From IMG/VR virus record IMGVR_UViG_3300042261_000720: DNA of 20,000 nt; one strand, 5' to 3'. Origin of the DNA: an uncultured virus (IMG/VR IMGVR_UViG_3300042261_000720). Lineage: Duplodnaviria > Heunggongvirae > Uroviricota > Caudoviricetes. The notes below the pieces were generated by a model. The model searched no databases. It saw only the letters and a list, made by a program, of their open reading frames with translations, and was not told where the DNA came from. This document shows positions 16,059-20,000 of the stretch, piece by piece. The first letter of the stretch is position 1. Every line of letters starts with the position of its first letter. The translations under genes and the position numbers were made by a program.

Positions 16059-17036
16059 TCACTTCTCGCCCAGACCGATTTGTTGGACTTTCAGACGGGA
16101 ACGATTCAGAATAGAACCAGCAAGAGGAACATAACCCAGATCATCAGCAATCGACTGTGCCTTGGTACTTAAAGCATAGTTAATAGCATCACGAACTGCT
16201 TGTGCCTTACCAGGAGCATAACCATTCTTATAAGCAAGAATCCAGGTTAGGGTGGAAATAGGATAGGCACGAGCACCTGATGGGTTAGGATCTTCACCAG
16301 CAAGAGTCACGGGGTCCAGTTTGATGCCATTCAGGGCAGCAGCACCAGTCACAGCAGAAGGTCCAACGAACTTACCTGCCTTGTTTTGGAGCACAGCAGC
16401 TTGGAGTTTGTTAGCACGAACAAATCCAGTGTTCAGATAACCGATACCACCAGGAGTGTTGGAAAGAGTTCCAGCAACACCTTCGTTACCTTTGGCACCA
16501 ACACCAGTAGGCCAGTTGATTGACTTACCAACACCAGCAGTCCAACCACCAAAAGCATCCAGAGAGTTGGTGAATGCGTAAGTGGTTCCAGAACCATCAG
16601 AACGATGAACAACTCGCATAGAACCAGCGGCACAACCAACTTGCTTCCAGTCCTTGATGCGACCAGCGAAAATATCAACAACTTGTTTCTGAGTCAGTTT
16701 CAGTTTACAACCAGGTTTGTTATAAGCAACAGCAATCGTGCCACCAACCATAGGAATCTGAACGACACCACGCTTGACCTTTGCTGCTTCCTTTGCCTTG
16801 ATAGGTTCATCAGAAGCACCGAAGTCAACGGTTCCAGCAACAAACTGGCGAATACCAGCACCAGAACCAACGGACTGGTAGTTTACTTTTTCACCAGTGG
16901 TAGATGAATAATCAACGAACCAACGCTGATAGATGGGTGCGGGGAATGTAGCACCAGCACCATTAATAGCAGGTCCAGCAAATGCAGCGGTAGGGGCAAG
17001 AGCAAGACCGATTGTAGCAATGTGTTTGAGTTTCAT
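16059..17036 (-). CDS. pstS: phosphate ABC transporter substrate-binding protein
   Basis: Signal peptide; GAGATFPAP, YQSVGSGAG, DFGASD, HRSDGSGTT, GKGNEGV-like and YPISTLTW motifs. Confidence 0.97.
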   Translation of the reverse strand: MKLKHIATIGLALAPTAAFAGPAINGAGATFPAPIYQRWFVDYSSTTGEKVNYQSVGSGAGIRQFVAGTVDFGASDEPIKAKEAAKVKRGVVQIPMVGGTIAVAYNKPGCKLKLTQKQVVDIFAGRIKDWKQVGCAAGSMRVVHRSDGSGTTYAFTNSLDAFGGWTAGVGKSINWPTGVGAKGNEGVAGTLSNTPGGIGYLNTGFVRANKLQAAVLQNKAGKFVGPSAVTGAAALNGIKLDPVTLAGEDPNPSGARAYPISTLTWILAYKNGYAPGKAQAVRDAINYALSTKAQSIADDLGYVPLAGSILNRSRLKVQQIGLGEK

Positions 17037-17044
17037 TGTAGTTA

Positions 17045-17063
17045 ACGTTAAGAAGAGGTTAAT
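17045..17063 (-). promoter_or_regulatory. Pho-box-like tandem repeat upstream of pstS
   Basis: ATTAACCT-ctt-CTTAACGT with 11-bp period, matching the cyanobacterial YTTAAYYW consensus. Confidence 0.55.
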
Positions 17064-17077
17064 TGAGTTCTAACACC

Positions 17078-17102
17078 AAAAAACCTCCCCGAAAGGAGGT
17101 TT
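17078..17102 (-). terminator. intrinsic terminator after the porin gene
   Basis: ACCTCCT-TTCG-GGGAGGT followed by a T-tract. Confidence 0.85.
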
Positions 17103-17121
17103 AGAGGTATCGTAGATATTA

Positions 17122-18624
17122 TCAGAAACGGAAGGTCGTCTGAATCACACCACCATAGTTGTCCGAAGCATTCTTGAGCCCTTGATTGTTGGACACATAG
17201 AATACAGCAGGAGTCACGCTGATAGCATCGCTAACCTTGTAACGATAGAAGGCTTCCCACATAATCGCTTTGCGATCAGCAGCAAGAGAAGCAGCATTAC
17301 CAGGAGCACCGATGGCAAAACCAGCAGCATTACCCTTCACAAACACATCGCTCCACTGAAGACCCGTCATCCACGTTTGTGAATCGGTAGCGCCAGTAGG
17401 AGTCTGACGGTTGTTGGACAAACTTACGGTGTTCCAACCATAAGCACCACTCACAGAAGGAATGATACCCGACTTCTTGGGTTGCCAGTATGCGTTGATC
17501 GCATAACCATTGGAGGTTTGGTTAGCACCAAGAGCACCAGAACCACCACCGATAGCATTGAAGTTACGGACACGGGTTCCTTCGGTGCCGTAGCGGTAAC
17601 CGAAAGCAATACCATACTGAGGGGCACGATAACCAATCTGAGCAAGAGTGTTCAGAGAACCATCTTCATCAAACTGACCTTTGGTAGAATCGTTTCCGTT
17701 CTGAGCAACATAGTTGATGCCAGCAACGAAACCAGGCTTACCCTTCTTGGTAGGTTGTACCCACTGAGCACCGAAACCAGAACCAGTTGCCTTGTTATAA
17801 ACACCAGGAGCACCAGCAACGGAGAAGAAGTCCAGAATGTCCGACTTGTATGCGGTAGGAACCCAAGCCATCTCAGTGTTACGAACCAGAGCACCAGCAG
17901 TCAGGGTCACACCCTTAGCAAGTCCAGGGAAGCTGTAGTACAGACGATCCAGAGTCACAGTGTTCGCATAGGTTTCTGCCTTGTCCAGTTTGAACAGGGA
18001 GGAAGAGGAACCGAAAGGTTGCGAGGAGAAGTTACCAGAACGCAGACGGGTCTTGAGCAGATCCTTACCAGTGAAGGAAGTATCAAAGCTCAGGCGGAGG
18101 TCATAGTTGAAAGCAGTGTTTCCAACATTGGTGCTGTTAGCAAGACGAGCACCATCTACACCACCCAGAACGAAGGTTGCTTCACCCTTGAGTTTGGTAG
18201 TGGTAGAGAATTGTTGTGCCTGAAGAGCAGCGGTTTGCTTCTCCAGTTTAGCAACACGACCACGAAGAACTTGAAGTTCATTAGCGAACTCGGTAGCAAG
18301 ACGCTGGAGTTCATCGGTGACTTCAGTTACGCGATCCAGGCAAGCATTCAGAAGTGCTGCTGCCTCAAAACGGGTCATTGCCTTACCACCAAGATAAGTT
18401 CCGTTTTCATAACCAGCAACGCAACCATAACGCTCAACAAGATTGCTGAGTGCCTGATAAGCCCAATCAGTAGGTTGGACATCAGAAAGTTGTTTGATGC
18501 TTGAGACCTGCTCAGAAGAAGTGTATTGGTTGACTGCTGCCATATTAAGGTCTGCGGCATTCGCAGCAACAGGAGCAACCATTCCCAGAGCAACAGGTGC
18601 GAGCATCAGTTGTTTGAGTTTCAT
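17122..18624 (-). CDS. cyanobacterial outer-membrane porin (Som / SLH + OprB-type beta-barrel)
   Basis: Signal peptide; SLH-like SDVQPTDWAYQAL..LVERYGCVAGY and TRFEAAALLNACL; coiled coil; QFSTTTKL; TSFTGKDLL.TRL; C-terminal TTFRF. Confidence 0.95.
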   Translation of the reverse strand: MKLKQLMLAPVALGMVAPVAANAADLNMAAVNQYTSSEQVSSIKQLSDVQPTDWAYQALSNLVERYGCVAGYENGTYLGGKAMTRFEAAALLNACLDRVTEVTDELQRLATEFANELQVLRGRVAKLEKQTAALQAQQFSTTTKLKGEATFVLGGVDGARLANSTNVGNTAFNYDLRLSFDTSFTGKDLLKTRLRSGNFSSQPFGSSSSLFKLDKAETYANTVTLDRLYYSFPGLAKGVTLTAGALVRNTEMAWVPTAYKSDILDFFSVAGAPGVYNKATGSGFGAQWVQPTKKGKPGFVAGINYVAQNGNDSTKGQFDEDGSLNTLAQIGYRAPQYGIAFGYRYGTEGTRVRNFNAIGGGSGALGANQTSNGYAINAYWQPKKSGIIPSVSGAYGWNTVSLSNNRQTPTGATDSQTWMTGLQWSDVFVKGNAAGFAIGAPGNAASLAADRKAIMWEAFYRYKVSDAISVTPAVFYVSNNQGLKNASDNYGGVIQTTFRF

Positions 18625-18686
18625 AAAAATGTTTTATGTACTATAGGACAATTAAGGTTTTTTAGATAAACCTTGGTATATAGAGG

Positions 18687-18780
18687 TGCTTAACCAAATC
18701 TTAAGAGATGATTAAGTTAACGGTATCATAGCATAACCGTATCAGTTATGTCAATTAAGATACGGTTAAGACTTTTTAAG
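18687..18780 (-). promoter_or_regulatory. porin promoter with two arrays of Pho-box-like repeats
   Basis: TTGACA(18754-18749)-N18-TATGAT with TGn. Upstream CTTAAAAA/CTTAACCG/CTTAATTG; downstream CTTAATCA/CTTAAGAT/GTTAAGCA at exact 11-bp period. Confidence 0.6.
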
Positions 18781-18852
18781 AGCGGAGTATCGGATTTGAA
18801 CCGACGACATCTAACTTGGAAGGATAGCGTTCTACCACTGAACTAACTCCGC
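18781..18852 (-). tRNA. tRNA-Gly(UCC)
   Basis: GCGGAGT...ACTCCGC-T; anticodon loop CTTCCAA; T-loop TTCAAAT. Confidence 0.95.
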
Positions 18853-18854
18853 AA

Positions 18855-18906
18855 TGGTGGGGATTTACCCAGCCTCAGGTTTCCCTTCACAGGCACGGAA
18901 CCCCAC
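18855..18906 (-). ncRNA. putative small structured RNA with a kink-turn
   Basis: Outer stem GTGGGG/CCCCAC enclosing GCC-TGT-GA-AGG-GAAA-CCT-GA-GGC; ends ACCA. Confidence 0.55.
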
Positions 18907-18932
18907 GCACTTCACTTCACACGGACTTGAGA

Positions 18933-18961
18933 AGTATATGACATAATAACTATTATGTCAA
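18933..18961 (-). promoter_or_regulatory. sigma70 promoter with a palindromic spacer
   Basis: TTGACA-N17-TATACT; 18939-18960 is the perfect inverted repeat TGACATAATA-gt-TATTATGTCA. Confidence 0.8.
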
Positions 18962-18962
18962 G

Positions 18963-19034
18963 AGCCCCCGACAAGATTTGAACTTGCGACCAGCGGTTTA
19001 CAAAACCGCTGCTCTACCACTGAGCTACAAGGGC
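18963..19034 (-). tRNA. tRNA-Thr(UGU)
   Basis: GCCCTTG...CGGGGGC-T; anticodon arm GCGGT-TTTGTAA-ACCGC. Confidence 0.95.
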
Positions 19035-19324
19035 GAAACAGAAGGTTTATGATAAGAAGTAAGACCAGCGTGTAATTCTCTATGACAATTAGCACAAAGC
19101 ATATAACACTTGTCTGCTTCTTTTTTCTGCTTTTCTAAAGATTTTGTAGAACCAGAAATTTGAAACTCTTTTGTGTTTTCATTAATGTGATGAAACTCTA
19201 ATGCTTCAATACATTTATCATAACCACAAAATTCACACTTCCCGCCTTTATATTCAACAAGAAGTTCTTTTGTTCTTTTTCTCCAATTACCTACATTTTT
19301 CTTTAGTTTTTCTTGGTCTCTCAT
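19025..19324 (-). CDS. free-standing HNH endonuclease (putative homing endonuclease)
   Basis: GGKCEFCGY...LEFHH...KC.MLCANCHRELH: a Zn-binding HNH signature. Confidence 0.9.
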   Translation of the reverse strand: MRDQEKLKKNVGNWRKRTKELLVEYKGGKCEFCGYDKCIEALEFHHINENTKEFQISGSTKSLEKQKKEADKCYMLCANCHRELHAGLTSYHKPSVSPL

Positions 19325-19327
19325 AGT

Positions 19328-19357
19328 GATTAACTTAATATGTTAATCTTATTTATA
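19328..19357 (-). promoter_or_regulatory. T4 late promoter plus translation-initiation hairpin for the HNH gene
   Basis: TATAAATA (19357-19350) followed by the GATTAAC-N7-GTTAATC hairpin ending 3 nt before the ATG. Confidence 0.7.
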
Positions 19358-19364
19358 AGACCAA

Positions 19365-19437
19365 CTCCCCGAGTAGGGCACGATCCTACAACCTCAGTGT
19401 TAACAGCACTTTGCTCTACCAATTGAGCTATCGGGGA
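19365..19437 (-). tRNA. tRNA-Asn(GUU) with an atypical T-loop
   Basis: TCCCCGA...TCGGGGA-G; anticodon loop CTGTTAA; T-arm GTAGG-ATCGTGC-CCTAC. Confidence 0.88.
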
Positions 19438-19441
19438 ATAG

Positions 19442-19524
19442 TGGTAGGAGGGATTTCTATGTGCGGACAGAATCACCTTTCACATCATCCAGTCTAAACC
19501 AGCGAGAGGTGTTGCACTTCCTAC
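19442..19524 (-). ncRNA. putative ~83-nt structured RNA ending in ACCA
   Basis: Terminal stem GTAGGA/TCCTAC with nested GTGC/GCAC and CACCT/AGGTG stems. Confidence 0.45.
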
Positions 19525-19527
19525 ATT

Positions 19528-19584
19528 TGATGGAGCAAGTGTGATATACCTCATAAGGATATAACAGTGACTTACTCTCTATCA
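19528..19584 (-). ncRNA. long imperfect hairpin RNA candidate
   Basis: TGAT..GAGTAAGT..TGTTATATCCT-TATG-AGGTATATCA..ACTTGCTC.ATCA. Confidence 0.45.
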
Positions 19585-19613
19585 TTTTTATATATGGAGA
19601 ATAAATCTCCAAG

Positions 19614-19687
19614 CGTCTCAGGCTGGATTCGAACCAGCGACCGACCGCTTAGAAGGCGGTTGCTCTGTTCCACTGAGCTACTGAGAC
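19614..19687 (-). tRNA. tRNA-Arg(UCU)
   Basis: GTCTCAG...CTGAGAC-G; anticodon arm ACCGC-CTTCTAA-GCGGT; T-loop TTCGAAT. Confidence 0.95.
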
Positions 19688-19691
19688 AAGA

Positions 19692-19766
19692 GACCTCCCT
19701 GTTTGTGCTTCTATGAGAGGCATGGGAGGGGCAGGACTTACACGGAGTTTGGACCCCCGCCGCCTA
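19692..19766 (-). ncRNA. GC-rich two-hairpin leader RNA candidate
   Basis: GGCGG-CGGGG..CTCCG..CCTGCC followed by CCTCCC...GGGAGG, between the promoter and tRNA-Arg. Confidence 0.4.
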
Positions 19767-19773
19767 TGAGGGT

Positions 19774-19802
19774 ATTATACTACTGCTTAGGGCAGTCGTC
19801 AA
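19774..19802 (-). promoter_or_regulatory. sigma70 promoter of the tRNA cluster
   Basis: TTGACG-N17-TATAAT. Confidence 0.85.
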
Positions 19803-20000
19803 CCCATACGGCACAGATTCTCATTTCTCCACCAAGCAGTCTTTGTGCCTCACTGCCGTCTGGTGCTTTCTCAGAATATCGTGGTTTATAACGCTTATTT
19901 GATTCTTCGATAATACGATCATACTCGGGTGTGACTTCAGCAAGTGCTCGGTCAACATCACGTTTGACCCTACGTTCTACTTTGTTAGGATCTTGAATAA
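19780..20000 (-). CDS. hypothetical protein, C-terminal part (truncated by window edge)
   Basis: Open frame ...IQDPNKVERRVKRDVDRALAEV...GGEMRICAVWVDDCPKQ* ending at TAG 19782-19780. Confidence 0.7.
   Translation of the reverse strand, partial: IQDPNKVERRVKRDVDRALAEVTPEYDRIIEESNKRYKPRYSEKAPDGSEAQRLLGGEMRICAVWVDDCPKQ

Noticed and set aside
17482..18504. 340-aa plus-strand ORF
   Set aside because: It is an antisense shadow of the porin gene, explained by the porin's codon bias, and has no recognisable motifs.
19457..19585. 42-codon minus-strand ORF with CRKC between tRNA-Arg and tRNA-Asn
   Set aside because: It has no suitably placed ribosome-binding site, and extensive base pairing explains the region better as RNA. 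It is not fully excluded.
19703..19891. 62-aa plus-strand ORF
   Set aside because: It is antisense to a promoter, a structured leader and a minus-strand gene.
1..20000. Interpretation as a cyanobacterial chromosome segment
   Set aside because: T4 late promoters, pstS without pstCAB, isolated ndhP and ptox among micro-ORFs, near-uniform strand and a free-standing HNH gene fit a cyanomyovirus better, although no virion gene is in the window.

Overview
This AT-rich, gene-dense window is almost entirely on the minus strand and most likely comes from a large T4-like cyanomyovirus. Supporting signs are T4-type late promoters (TATAAATA), consensus sigma70 promoters, CCA-less tRNAs, cyanobacteria-like auxiliary genes and many overlapping micro-ORFs. 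In transcription order (right to left) it holds: (1) a tRNA cluster (Arg-UCU, Asn-GUU, Thr-UGU, Gly-UCC) interleaved with several structured non-tRNA elements, one containing a canonical kink-turn, and a free-standing HNH endonuclease; (2) a Som-type porin and pstS, each preceded by Pho-box-like repeats; (3) tRNA-Val, Dps and a Zn-ribbon protein; (4) an inverted pair of AT-rich paralogues; (5) tRNA-Ser and a chain of micro-ORFs that includes PTOX plus NdhP-like and NdhQ-like peptides missed by the ORF track; (6) tRNA-Pro; (7) a modular manA/wcaG-like structured RNA that appears to carry a 75-aa membrane-protein ORF inside it; (8) a ~10 kb nucleotide-sugar and glycosyltransferase island. All family assignments come from motif recognition and memory; no database searches were run.
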